Notes: a model not told the origin generated them from the sequence alone. DNA of 64,000 bases from Candidatus Poribacteria bacterium (GCA_965242965.1 OZ251518.1:1888001-1952000); one strand, 5' to 3'; shown: positions 20,095-30,300, counted from the stretch's first letter. Made by a program: numbers and translations.

Positions 20095-20598
20095 TGTAGT
20101 TCAGGATCGCCTGATCCTGACCCGTTCGGGAGCGGGCGCTCCCGAACTACAGAGTCGGAAACACACATCGTGACGATGGAGATCGCGAGGGACAGGCCCT
20201 CGCGCTACGGTGAAAAAAACGCCATCCCCGCATCGTAGGGCTTGGGCCCTCGGATGCCACACGCGCATGCGAGCGGGTTTCCCTCGCCATGCCGCGCGCA
20301 AGCCAACGCTCGCGAGGGACAGGCCCTCGCGCTACGATTAAAAAACGCCACCCGCGCATCGTAGGGCGAGGGACAGGCCCTCGCCATGCCTCACGCAATC
20401 CAACGATGGCGAGGGACAGGCCCTCGCGCTACGGTGAAACGGCGGTGTGCGTCTTGACCGGGGCCTCGCGAGGGACAGGCCCTCGCGCTACGGTGACGTG
20501 GCGGTTTTCGTCTCGACCGGGGCATTGCGAGCTTCTGTAGGTTGCGATCGCCTGATCGCAACCAGCCCTCGCGCTACGGTGACGTGGCGGTTTTCTCC
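20095..20598. repeat. REP/REPIN cluster
   Basis: Multiple family A palindromes and one CTGTAG...CTACAG doublet. Confidence 0.9.
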
Positions 20599-21492
20599 TT
20601 ACTCTAATTCCGATTTGAGGGACAGACTATAATCCAACAACGCGTTCGCATACGGCATGTTGTGGAGCCCATACCCACTATCGCCTTTTACCATGTCGTA
20701 GTTGAGTTTGGCATCCTGATACGCCTGCGAAGTTTTGTCCGTGGCGTTCTCTAACATCGCTTTGACTGCCTGCATCTTCGCCTCAATTTCAGCGCGGTAT
20801 ATCGGGAGTTTCACCGACATATCGTTATCAACAGAATCATGACAGCCAGAGGTGCTACACACCGACATGTCGGCGATGAACGTATGTCCTCCGTGCTGCG
20901 CGACTGTCATCGGTTCTTCTTTCGCCATGTGGCAGTGGACGCACCGTTTTTTCATTGCGCGCACGTGCGGCGATGGCATCCGTTTCACGCCTGCTCCCTC
21001 GCGCCCGAGGAACATCTCCGATTGCGATTGATGCACCGTGCCGGCACCGGCGCAGCCGCAGTCCATCTTATGGCACGTAACGCACAACTTTTTCGCAGGC
21101 TTTACCAAGAGATGTTCTTCTTTGCTGGTATGCGAATGGCAAGAAGAGCAGGCGACTGCGTTCACCGCGGTCTCTAGGTTATACGTATGCCCCGGATACA
21201 CCCTATCCACGAAAACCTCGTAACCTGACGAGTGGCAACTCAGACAAGAACGGACGACCGGGTAAGGACCGGCGTGTAGGTTGACGAGTGCCTTGGCATG
21301 TCCCGCTTGTGCCCATTCCTGATACGCCGGTTCGTTTCCGTGGCACTTGTTGCAGCCTTCCGCGAACGGCGTGTGCGTTTCGGTGGTATCTGTCGCTTCG
21401 TTTGCCCGAAGGTTTGCGAGCAGCAAGAGCGTCAGCATGCCCATCAGCAGCGATATGCAGAAAAATAAGAGTCCCTGTTTTGGGTATTTCAT
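20599..21492 (-). CDS. exported multiheme c-type cytochrome
   Basis: N-terminal hydrophobic segment; CNKCH, CLSCH, CSSCH, CVTCH, CVHCH plus CSTSGCH; D...G.HN tail; GAGGAG SD. Confidence 0.9.
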   Translation of the reverse strand: MKYPKQGLLFFCISLLMGMLTLLLLANLRANEATDTTETHTPFAEGCNKCHGNEPAYQEWAQAGHAKALVNLHAGPYPVVRSCLSCHSSGYEVFVDRVYPGHTYNLETAVNAVACSSCHSHTSKEEHLLVKPAKKLCVTCHKMDCGCAGAGTVHQSQSEMFLGREGAGVKRMPSPHVRAMKKRCVHCHMAKEEPMTVAQHGGHTFIADMSVCSTSGCHDSVDNDMSVKLPIYRAEIEAKMQAVKAMLENATDKTSQAYQDAKLNYDMVKGDSGYGLHNMPYANALLDYSLSLKSELE

Positions 21493-21720
21493 TGTCTCCT
21501 CGTGAAATGTATTGTGGATTTTTATGGATAGGATATACGATTTTGCAAATTCTGTCAAGGAGAAAAGGAATTGTTTTCAGAACGATTTCGTTTTCGATTT
21601 GATGTTTTCCCGGTAGGAGGGACATCCTTGTCCCGATACGGTGTGCATCGAGACCGGGAGGTCTCTCCTACCCGAAGAAATCGAGACCGGGAGGTCTCTC
21701 CTACCGGGGACATTGAACGT

Positions 21721-21749
21721 TTGACATTTTCCCGAAAATGTTGTAAACT
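21721..21749 (+). promoter_or_regulatory. sigma70 promoter
   Basis: TTGACA-17bp-TAAACT. Confidence 0.6.
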
Positions 21750-21803
21750 AATTGCAATAAACAGAGAAGACTTTTCTGAAACCGAAGTTCAGGAGATGAG
21801 AGC

Positions 21804-22553
21804 ATGATGCAGCAAGACATTCAATCTGCACCCACACTTGACTATCCCGAATCGGATGGGAAACCTATGGCTGAAACAGATTTACATCGCGATTTAATGA
21901 ACGATTCCATTGAGACGTTGAAAGAGTATTTCGCCGCCGCGCCGAATGTCTATGTCTCCGGCAATCTTTTCGTCTATTACCCCGATGGTGCAGAGACGAG
22001 GGTAGTCGCGCCGGATGTTTTCGTGATTTACGGTGTCTCCAAAAAACAGCGGCGGATTTATGTCGTGGAGCGCGAAGGCCGCACGCCGGATTTTGTGCTA
22101 GAGATTGGGAGTCTCGGCACGTATCGGCAAGACAGGAACAAAAAGAAGGACATCTACGCGACCTTGCTCGGCGTGAAAGAGTATTATCTCTATGTCCCTT
22201 ACGGTGTAGTCGAGAAACCGCTGATAGGGTATCGGCTCGTTGGCGGTGCGTATGAAGAGATGGAGCTCGTGGACGGCCGGCTAAAATCCGCGGTTTTAGG
22301 GTTGGAGCTGGGAGAGCGTCCAGAGGGGTTGCGTTTTTACGATGCGCGGCAGCAGCGATGGCTGCAGCCGCCGAGTGAGCGCACGTTAGCAGCGGAGGCG
22401 CGGGCAGTGGATGCAGTGAATCGCGCCGAGACTGCCCTTGTGCGCGCTAACAGTGCCGAGTCACGCGCTGACATTGCCGAGGTACGCGCCGAAAATGCCG
22501 AAGCAAAACTCGCGGCGGCTTTAGCAGAACTTGAACGAATCAGGAGGAATTAG
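21804..22553 (+). CDS. Uma2 family endonuclease-fold protein
   Basis: YPESDGKPMAET, APDVFV, PDFVLEI, LGVKEYYLY, AE.RA coiled-coil tail. Confidence 0.92.
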   Translation: MMQQDIQSAPTLDYPESDGKPMAETDLHRDLMNDSIETLKEYFAAAPNVYVSGNLFVYYPDGAETRVVAPDVFVIYGVSKKQRRIYVVEREGRTPDFVLEIGSLGTYRQDRNKKKDIYATLLGVKEYYLYVPYGVVEKPLIGYRLVGGAYEEMELVDGRLKSAVLGLELGERPEGLRFYDARQQRWLQPPSERTLAAEARAVDAVNRAETALVRANSAESRADIAEVRAENAEAKLAAALAELERIRRN

Positions 22554-22555
22554 AT

Positions 22556-23209
22556 ATGGCTCAAAATCTCTTTAACGGCAAAAACATGGACGGTTGGCTC
22601 GCCAGAGGCGGGGCACCTGAACACGCATGGGCAGCGGCTGGCGACATCGCGCTCCATCCGAACGATGCAAAGTTGTTAGTGCCTACCAGTGGTGAAGGCA
22701 TCTTTTACAACGGCACCACCGGCCGCACCGCCGACATCTACACCGAAACCGAACACGGCGATTGCGAACTGCGTGTGGAATTCATGGTGCCGCAAGGTTC
22801 CAATTCCGGCGTTTATCTCATGGGGAGATATGAAATCCAAATTTTGGACAGCTGGGGTGAGACAGAACTCCGCTACGGTAGTTGCGGCGGGGTCTATTGC
22901 CGCTGGCTTGACGAGAAACCGGTAGATGGCGTGCCGCCTCGCGTTAATGCGAGCAAACCGCCCGGTGAGTGGCAGCGTTATGATATTACCTTTCGCGCGC
23001 CGCGATTCGATGCATCGGGTAATAAGACTGTCAATGCCACGTTTGTCAAGGTGGTGTGGAACGGTGAGGTGATTCATGAGAACGTTGAGGTGGCGGGTTG
23101 CACGCGCGGCGCAATGTTCCCTGAAGAGGCATCCTCGGGTCCGCTGATGTTGCAAGGGGACCACGGGCCCGTGGCATATCGCAACGTTATCCTGAAACCG
23201 ATTTCTTAA
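22556..23209 (+). CDS. DUF1080 / 3-keto-disaccharide hydrolase family protein
   Basis: LFNGK..DGW, NSGVYL.GRYEIQILDS, LQGDHGPV.YRN. Confidence 0.9.
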   Translation: MAQNLFNGKNMDGWLARGGAPEHAWAAAGDIALHPNDAKLLVPTSGEGIFYNGTTGRTADIYTETEHGDCELRVEFMVPQGSNSGVYLMGRYEIQILDSWGETELRYGSCGGVYCRWLDEKPVDGVPPRVNASKPPGEWQRYDITFRAPRFDASGNKTVNATFVKVVWNGEVIHENVEVAGCTRGAMFPEEASSGPLMLQGDHGPVAYRNVILKPIS

Positions 23210-23219
23210 AGGGCGCGCT

Positions 23220-23732
23220 TTAGGATTGGTGTAAAATGTGATAAGTTGCCACGGCAAGCGCAACATGCACATTCAACGAACGTCCCTTGCCATACATCGG
23301 CAGGTAAATTGCAGCATCGCACGCCTCAAGCGTCCGCCGAGAAACGCCACGGTATTCATTGCCGACGATTAAGCAGACCTTTTCAGGATACGTGACGGTG
23401 TGATACGGCACCGCCTCCGATGTCACCTCTAGCGCGTACCCGGCATAGCCTTGTCTCTTGTAGGTTTCAATTGCGTCAGCGGCATGTTTAGTGGTGTGCC
23501 ACTTGACTCGGCGGTGCGCGCCGCGGCCAACACCGGCGATTGTCGGATGCGGCGGTGTCGCGCTGATGCCGGTTAACACGATTTCTTTAACGCCGCACGC
23601 ATCGGCAATCCGGAAGCACGCGCCGACGTTCACCGGGTCCTCCACGTCTTGAAGGATAAAAGTGAACGCAACCGATGGATAGCGCGCTTGTTTCAGGAAG
23701 TGTTTGAGTTCTTTGTCGCGGAGTTGTTTCAT
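23220..23732 (-). CDS. TrmH/SpoU family RNA methyltransferase
   Basis: DPVNVGACFR, GNEYRGV, LPMYG..RSLNV; AAGGAG SD. Confidence 0.92.
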   Translation of the reverse strand: MKQLRDKELKHFLKQARYPSVAFTFILQDVEDPVNVGACFRIADACGVKEIVLTGISATPPHPTIAGVGRGAHRRVKWHTTKHAADAIETYKRQGYAGYALEVTSEAVPYHTVTYPEKVCLIVGNEYRGVSRRTLEACDAAIYLPMYGKGRSLNVHVALAVATYHILHQS

Positions 23733-23769
23733 ATCGCAATCTAACTCCTTCGGGGAAAAAACGAAAAAA

Positions 23770-24828
23770 ATGAAAAAACTAAAACTTGGTATTATCGGCG
23801 CAGGCGGCATCGTCTGCAGGATGCACTTGCCCGACTTGGTGCAAGGCACCGATTTCGAGGTATCTGTTATCGGCGGTCGGCGCGAGCACCGCCTCAAACA
23901 TCAGTGTGAACACTTCGATATTCCGCGCTGGACGCAGGATTACGATGCCATCATCGCGGATGACTCGCTGGATGCAATTCTCGTTGGCACGCCGCACCCG
24001 TTGCACGTCTCGTGGGGTGTCAAAGCATTGGCGGCAGGCAAACACGTCTTGATGCAAAAACCGCTCTGTGGTGAGATGGCGGAGGCGAATCAGTTTGTCG
24101 CCGCAGCAGAGGCGAGTGGGAAAACGGTGATGTGTCTCCCGCATTTCAACGCCGCGATTTACAAAATCCGGCAGCTCATCGCCGAAAACGCAATCGGCAG
24201 AGTATCCGGCGCGAGGATGCGGAGTAGCCACGGCGGGCCAGAGATTTACTACGCCGAAATTCGCGATATCTTCGGGGAGACAGGGGACGATTTGTGGTTC
24301 TTTGACGCGAAGCAGGCGAGCGTCGGCGCACTCTTTGACATGGGGGTTTACGCCGTATCCGGGCTCGTCGCGATGCTTGGCACGTTTAAACGCGTCACCG
24401 GGTTTGTCTCAACCTTTGATAAACCGACAGCATTGGAGGATGTTGCTACCCTCGTGTTAGAAATGGCATCCGGCGGGATTGTCACCGCCGAGACAAGTTG
24501 GTGCGATCCGGCCCGCACCGGCGAGGCGAGCGTCCACGGCACCGCCGGCAAATTCACGATGCCCGGCAAAGACGGCGCGACGCTCAGTCAGTGGACACCT
24601 ACCTCCTACACGCGTGAACACGCACCCGTTGATGTCAAGTCGATTGATTGTTCGGACACCGCGCCGAGTGGGATGCACACACATTTCGCCGAATGCATCC
24701 GCGAAGGCACACAACCGCCGCTCTCCAACGTTTATACGGCGCGGCACGTCACCGAAATTCTCCTCGCAGGCCTTGAATCATCTGAAAAGGGCCAGGCGAT
24801 AACGCTCACGACGCAGGCTGATAAATAG
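23770..24828 (+). CDS. Gfo/Idh/MocA oxidoreductase
   Basis: GIIGAGGI, TPHPLH, HVLMQKP, GALFDMGVY. Confidence 0.92.
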   Translation: MKKLKLGIIGAGGIVCRMHLPDLVQGTDFEVSVIGGRREHRLKHQCEHFDIPRWTQDYDAIIADDSLDAILVGTPHPLHVSWGVKALAAGKHVLMQKPLCGEMAEANQFVAAAEASGKTVMCLPHFNAAIYKIRQLIAENAIGRVSGARMRSSHGGPEIYYAEIRDIFGETGDDLWFFDAKQASVGALFDMGVYAVSGLVAMLGTFKRVTGFVSTFDKPTALEDVATLVLEMASGGIVTAETSWCDPARTGEASVHGTAGKFTMPGKDGATLSQWTPTSYTREHAPVDVKSIDCSDTAPSGMHTHFAECIREGTQPPLSNVYTARHVTEILLAGLESSEKGQAITLTTQADK

Positions 24829-25294
24829 GAGAGCCGCGGTAGGTGTGCTTACCGGGCAGCCAAATTCGTATTTGAGGATATCCTTCGCATCCATCAATAT
24901 TTGGCCCGGACTCACCGTAGCGCGGGGGCCTGTCCCCCGCGAGCGTTGGAGTACACCGACAATGGCGAGGGACAGGCCCTCGCCCTACGGTAAGACGGGC
25001 CGTTTTTTTCGTAGCGCGGGGGCCTGTCCCCCGCGATCGTTTCATCACGAGGTGCGTCTAGGTCCTTTAGGACCTGAAGAGACGTTTTTTCTCGTGCGGA
25101 CGATGGCGAGGGACAGGCCCTCGCCCTACGGTGAAAGGGAGACGGCCTTATCACCGTAGCGCGGGGGCCTGTCCCCCGCGAGCGTCTTCGCATCCATCAA
25201 CTCATTCCTGCCAACTTTCCCCTTTTATTTTCTTAATGAAATGTGCCTTTATGATAGCGTAACGCGCTAAAAAATGAAAGAAAAATTAAAAAAG

Positions 25295-25324
25295 TTGACA
25301 TCCGTGGCGAATTTCATATATAAT
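25295..25324 (+). promoter_or_regulatory. consensus sigma70 promoter, probably giving a leaderless mRNA
   Basis: TTGACA-18bp-TATAAT, with ATG only 6 nt after the -10 box and no SD. Confidence 0.6.
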
Positions 25325-25330
25325 ATATCT

Positions 25331-26371
25331 ATGGAAACTCAAAACCTTATTTTACCAACGATTGATTGGACATCGCCGCACAACCGGTTTGACCTGGCGG
25401 TTAAACAACCTGCGCGCAATTTCCCAGACCAGGTGCTCCGCTTCCTTATGGGCAGAGACGACATTGAATTCCTGGAACACCTCCAGATCGATTTTCCGAC
25501 GGTGGAGGTGCGTTACATGGATACGCTGATAAAAGTGCGGATTGGTGGCGAACCCTCGCTAATCCATTGCGAGTACCAATTGGACGATAGTTCACCGGTG
25601 CCGATAGTTCAGCGCAACGTCGGCTACTTTGGACGGTGTTTTGAAGTCCACGGCCTGCCGATATACTCGCATGTCATTTACATGCGCCCAACTGCAGGAT
25701 TGAAAGACCCGGGCGGTTATCAACAAAACATACCGGGATACCGTTTCCTGTTTGAATACAAAGTCATCCGCCTGAGCGAATTGGAGGGAGAGGCACTGAT
25801 GCAAACCCCCCAGGCGGGGTTAATGCCGTTTGCACCGTTGATGAAGCCGCCAGTAGGGATGGACTCCGTTGAGTGGATGCGTCGCTGTGTGCAGACGACA
25901 CAAGAACTCCAACTTGAAGCACCCACGAAAGGGAATGTGCTCGTGACAATGGGGTTTCTGGGGAACGTTCTCCACTCCCCGGAGACTCTTAACGCTATTA
26001 TGCCGAGGGCCCTCATGCAAGAATCAACCTATTATCACTACCTGACGAAGGAAATCCGACAGGAAAGCCTTGAACAAGGCATCCAACAAGGCCGCGAGGA
26101 AGGCCGCGAGGAAGGCCGCGAGGAAGGCCGCGAAGAAGGACGCGAAGAAGGACGCGAAGAAGGACGCGAAGAAGGACGCGAAGAAGGTGAAAGGATGGCG
26201 ACGCTCAACTTGCTGCTCAGACTCCTTGAAAACCGCTTTGAACCCGAAGCCGCGCACACGTTACAGCCGTTCTTGGAAACTATTGAAGACTCCGGCCGGC
26301 TGGCGCGGTTAGCTCTCACTGCAGCGGATGCACCCAACCTGCAGACGTTCGTGAAGCATCTGGCGGGATAA
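25331..26371 (+). CDS. Rpn/YhgA-like (PD-(D/E)XK) recombination-promoting nuclease family protein
   Basis: FDLAVK, MDTLI...IHCEYQ, VIYMRP, YKVIRL, MQESTYY, (GREE)n and LE.RF tail. Confidence 0.8.
   Translation: METQNLILPTIDWTSPHNRFDLAVKQPARNFPDQVLRFLMGRDDIEFLEHLQIDFPTVEVRYMDTLIKVRIGGEPSLIHCEYQLDDSSPVPIVQRNVGYFGRCFEVHGLPIYSHVIYMRPTAGLKDPGGYQQNIPGYRFLFEYKVIRLSELEGEALMQTPQAGLMPFAPLMKPPVGMDSVEWMRRCVQTTQELQLEAPTKGNVLVTMGFLGNVLHSPETLNAIMPRALMQESTYYHYLTKEIRQESLEQGIQQGREEGREEGREEGREEGREEGREEGREEGREEGERMATLNLLLRLLENRFEPEAAHTLQPFLETIEDSGRLARLALTAADAPNLQTFVKHLAG
26090..26185 (+). repeat. in-frame 12-bp tandem repeat x8 (GREE)
   Basis: GGCCGCGAGGAA x3, GGCCGCGAAGAA x1, GGACGCGAAGAA x4. Confidence 0.95.
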
Positions 26372-26468
26372 GTCTCCACCGCCGCGACACTAATCCGCCG
26401 TTACTGTAGAATCGGGCGAGGGACAGCCCCTCACCACGCCCACACTCTGTTGGAGTTCCAACGCCATT

Positions 26469-26768
26469 ATGCCGAGGGCATTCATGCAAGAATTAACCTA
26501 TTATCACTACCTGATGAAGGAAAGCTATGAAAAAGGATTCCGAGAAGGATTCCGAGAAGGATTCCAACAGGGCCTCAAGGAAGGTGAAAGGATCGGGACG
26601 CTCAACGTGCTGCTCAAACTCCTCGAAATCCGCTTTGAACCCGAGGCCGCGCATACGTTACAGCCGTTCTTGGAAACTATTGAAGACCCGGGACGGCTGG
26701 CGCGGTTAGTCCCCATAGCCGTGCAGGCACCCAACCTGCAGACATTCTTGAAGCATCTGGCGGGATAA
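26469..26768 (+). CDS. stand-alone copy of the Rpn C-terminal domain
   Basis: 99-aa intact ORF paralogous to residues MPRALMQES...KHLAG of the upstream gene; the 3' flank is duplicated too. Confidence 0.7.
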   Translation: MPRAFMQELTYYHYLMKESYEKGFREGFREGFQQGLKEGERIGTLNVLLKLLEIRFEPEAAHTLQPFLETIEDPGRLARLVPIAVQAPNLQTFLKHLAG

Positions 26769-26940
26769 GTCTCCACCGCCGCGACACTAATCCGCCGTAA
26801 CTATGGAGAATTGCTGGTAGGAGAGACCTCCCGGTCTCGATGCATCCCCCTGTAGGAGAGACCAGGATGTCCCTCCTACGGGGAAGACACCAATATATGA
26901 AACGCCCTCAGTTTGAGTCTCTTCTACGGAGAATCGCGCG

Positions 26941-27990
26941 ATGAATACAACTTATGAAACCAACCACGAATGGGAAAAACTCGCACGGCGGATTGTCGCT
27001 TCGCGGCAACTCGTGCTAGTCATCGGTTCAGCCGATACCGGTAAATCGTCCTTCTGCCGCTTTTTAGCCGATTTTGCTGTCGCCGAAGGATTGAAGGTAG
27101 GTTTTGTTGACGCGGATATCGGGCAATCTCAAATTGGACCGGCGACGACTATCGGGTTTAAGTGTTTCGCGCCGAAGACAGAAACGCCTATTGAAATTGA
27201 TGGCGATGCTGACGCGCTCTATTTCGTCGGTGCCACCTCCCCGCGGCGCAACCTGTTGGAGGTAGTCACCGGCACACGGCTGATGGTAGACGCAGCGCGC
27301 AATGCCGAATGTGATTTCATCGTCGTGGACACGACAGGGTATGTTCATGAGAACGCCGCCATCGTCCTGAAACAGCACAAAATCGAACTTCTCCGGCCGA
27401 ACCATCTTGTCTGCATCGGGCGTTCAACGGAATTGGAACGGATAACCGCCGGCTACAGGCCGCAGGCGTGGATTACTGTTCATCACCTCTTGCCGCATCA
27501 GCGCGTCCGCTCGAAGAGCAAGAAGGCGCGCGCCCGGCACAGAAAATCGCGGTTGAACGCCTATTTCGCCGATAGCACCGTGCAACAAGTGCCGTTTGAG
27601 CAGATTCGCGGCGGACGCACGCCTTTTTTCATCGGGCGCATCGCGAACGAAAAAGAATTGGAGATTTTGACGCGCTTAACCGGCACCGAAGTCCATCACG
27701 CCGAATGGGGAAAACGGACTTTGTGCCTCATCGCATCTAGGCATCTCTCTAAGACAGCGATAGCCTCTGTCAAAAACTATCTGAGTTTGGAGCGTGTGAC
27801 AACCGAGGTTCGTTCTGCTTTTGCAAAGCGGTTGGTGGGACTTATTGGGACATCGGGAAACATTCTCTCCATCGGTATCGTTGAGGCACTTGACTTCCAA
27901 AAGCGCGAACTCAGCATCCGTTGCAAGCCGGAAGTAGCGAAGGATGCCTGCACGCTCCAATTTGGCGATTACCGCATTGAAGCATTATGA
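26941..27990 (+). CDS. Clp1/Grc3-like polynucleotide 5'-hydroxyl kinase
   Basis: GSADTGKSS, DADIGQSQIGP, DTTGYV, K.ELLRP, R..R...YF. Confidence 0.85.
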   Translation: MNTTYETNHEWEKLARRIVASRQLVLVIGSADTGKSSFCRFLADFAVAEGLKVGFVDADIGQSQIGPATTIGFKCFAPKTETPIEIDGDADALYFVGATSPRRNLLEVVTGTRLMVDAARNAECDFIVVDTTGYVHENAAIVLKQHKIELLRPNHLVCIGRSTELERITAGYRPQAWITVHHLLPHQRVRSKSKKARARHRKSRLNAYFADSTVQQVPFEQIRGGRTPFFIGRIANEKELEILTRLTGTEVHHAEWGKRTLCLIASRHLSKTAIASVKNYLSLERVTTEVRSAFAKRLVGLIGTSGNILSIGIVEALDFQKRELSIRCKPEVAKDACTLQFGDYRIEAL

Positions 27991-29837
27991 GGGTAGTGAA
28001 CGTATCCTTGAACAAGCAATCCTTCCAACTCTACAAACGATTTGCCCGGTATCACGCGCCCTATCTCGTCTCCATTATTCTCGCAATGGCATGCGCCTTA
28101 ATCATCGCGCTCTGCGAACTCGGTGCCCTTCAAATCTTCTTCGTTGATACCATTGACGCACTGGTGGCAGTCAGCGGTAGCACTTATGAAGAACCAGTCA
28201 CTATTCGCTATTTTCAGATTGATGGGATTTTCAGTTTTGAGGGATTTGAAATTGCGCTGCCAGACATGGACGCGGCACTCCGTGCCATATTTTGGTTATT
28301 AGGTGCCTTCCTCGTCCTTGTCGCGCTCAAAGGCGTTTTTGCTTACGGTAATGACTATCTGATGGCGCGCGTGGCACATCAGGTATCCTTTCAGCTGCGG
28401 AACGCGCTCTATCAGCGGCTCGTTTCTGCCCCCTTAGCGACACTCCGCGATGAACGCAGCGGCGATTTGATGACGCGCGTCACCGATGATGTGCGGGTGT
28501 GGCAGAACGCTGTCGCCTCCATGGCAAATATCATCCGTGCTATCACCGTCGTCACCGTTTTTATGTGCTGGCTGCTCATCAGTAGTTACCGGATGACAGT
28601 TTTTGTCCTGCTGCTTCTCCCGCTGCTCGCGTATCTTATCATGCAGATAGGGACACGGATTCGCAAAAACAGCACCGAGATTCAGCAACGCAGCGCGGAC
28701 ATTTACTCTCAGTTGAAAGAGACGCTTTTCGGCATCAAGATTATCAAAAGTTTCACGGCTGAATCTGCGGAGATGGCACGCTTTCGCGCGATGAACTGGA
28801 GTCAGTACTGCGCGGCGATGCGGCGCGCGCGTTGGGCGGCGTGCTTACCACCGACGCTTGAGTGGCTGAGTGCCGTCGGCATCGCTAGCGTCTTTGGCCT
28901 CGGGTGCTGGCAGGTTATTTCAGGTTCGCTATCAACCGGCGAGTTCATCGGCTATATCACGATGGTAGGGCTGATGTTTAAGCCGATGAAGACAATCGGC
29001 GGTGTGAACACGGCGTTGCAACAGTGTCTCGCATCCGCAGAACGGATTTTTTATGTGTTAGAACTCCGCACGGAAGCGCGCGAGGAAAACGCGTCCGAAT
29101 TGCAAAACGTGCGCGGGGATGTCGCCTTTCACAACGTCTCTTTTGCCTATCATCAAGAACCTACCCTGAAGGACATCACTTTTGAGGCGAAGCAAGGCGA
29201 AGTCATCGCGCTTGTCGGGCCGAGCGGCAGCGGGAAAACGACGCTGCTTAATCTCCTGTTGCGTTTTTATGAAGTAGGCACCGGCACGATTGCGATTGAT
29301 GGCACGCGCATCGGCGAAGTCACGCTGGCATCCCTGCGCCGAAACATCGCGCTTGTCCCACAAGATACCTTCCTCTTTGACGGCACTATTTTAGAGAATA
29401 TCGGCTACGGTTACCCCGGTGCGTCGCGGGAAGCGATTATTTCGGCGGCACGACAGGCGAACGCGCACGACTTTATTAGCAAAATGCCTCGCGGCTACGA
29501 TACGCCAATTGGCGAAGCAGGCATGCGCCTTTCCGGTGGTGAACAGCAACGGCTTTCTATCGCCCGCGCGCTGCTCAAAGATGCACCCATCCTCGTGTTA
29601 GACGAAGCGACTTCCTCGTTGGATACGCATTCGGAAGCACTTATTCAGAAATCACTGACGAATCTGATGGCGGGGAGAACCAGTTTTATCATTGCGCATC
29701 GGCTCTCCACCGTGGTGCGCGCCGACAAAATCCTCGTCCTCCGCGATGGCGAGATTGTGGAAACGGGAACGCATGAGACGCTTTTGGCGGCGGGTGGATT
29801 GTATCAGAAGTTGTGCGAGATGCAGTTTGGGGTTTGA
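27987..29837 (+). CDS. MsbA-like ABC exporter (fused TMD-NBD)
   Basis: GPSGSGKTT, LSGGEQQR, ILVLDEATSSLD, IAHRLST. Confidence 0.95.
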   Translation: MRVVNVSLNKQSFQLYKRFARYHAPYLVSIILAMACALIIALCELGALQIFFVDTIDALVAVSGSTYEEPVTIRYFQIDGIFSFEGFEIALPDMDAALRAIFWLLGAFLVLVALKGVFAYGNDYLMARVAHQVSFQLRNALYQRLVSAPLATLRDERSGDLMTRVTDDVRVWQNAVASMANIIRAITVVTVFMCWLLISSYRMTVFVLLLLPLLAYLIMQIGTRIRKNSTEIQQRSADIYSQLKETLFGIKIIKSFTAESAEMARFRAMNWSQYCAAMRRARWAACLPPTLEWLSAVGIASVFGLGCWQVISGSLSTGEFIGYITMVGLMFKPMKTIGGVNTALQQCLASAERIFYVLELRTEAREENASELQNVRGDVAFHNVSFAYHQEPTLKDITFEAKQGEVIALVGPSGSGKTTLLNLLLRFYEVGTGTIAIDGTRIGEVTLASLRRNIALVPQDTFLFDGTILENIGYGYPGASREAIISAARQANAHDFISKMPRGYDTPIGEAGMRLSGGEQQRLSIARALLKDAPILVLDEATSSLDTHSEALIQKSLTNLMAGRTSFIIAHRLSTVVRADKILVLRDGEIVETGTHETLLAAGGLYQKLCEMQFGV

Positions 29838-29839
29838 AA

Positions 29840-30300
29840 CGATGGCGAGGGACAGGCCCTCGCCCTACGGTGACGTGCCGTTTTTTTTCGTAGCGCGGGG
29901 GCCTGTCCCCCGCGTTTTCTCAAGAACCGTTTTTTTTCGTAGCGCGGGGGCCTGTCCCCCGCGATCTCCATCGTTCCGATGTGTGTTTCCCCTCTCTGTA
30001 GTTTGTGATCGCCTGATCACAAACGGTTCGGGAGCAGGCGCTCCCGAACTACAGAGCCTGGCGAGCGAGCGATGGCGAGGGACAGGCCCTCGCCCTACGA
30101 TACCGCACGCCGTTTTTTCGGCCGCAGCGATGGCGAGGGACAGGCCCTCGCCCTACGGTGAAAGGGAGGGCTTTTCTCCTACCGTAGCGCGGGGGCCTGT
30201 CCCCCGCGAGCGTTGGAGCGCGCGAACGATCGCGAGGGAAACCCGCTCGCATGCGCGTGTGGCATGCGAGGGCCCAAACCCTACGATACCGCACGCCGTT
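29840..30300. repeat. REP/REPIN cluster
   Basis: Family A palindromes, one doublet and one nested-hairpin variant. Confidence 0.9.

Noticed and set aside
25999-26768. Diversity-generating retroelement template/variable repeat pair
   Set aside because: Differences are not adenine-specific, include indels, and no reverse transcriptase is present in the window.
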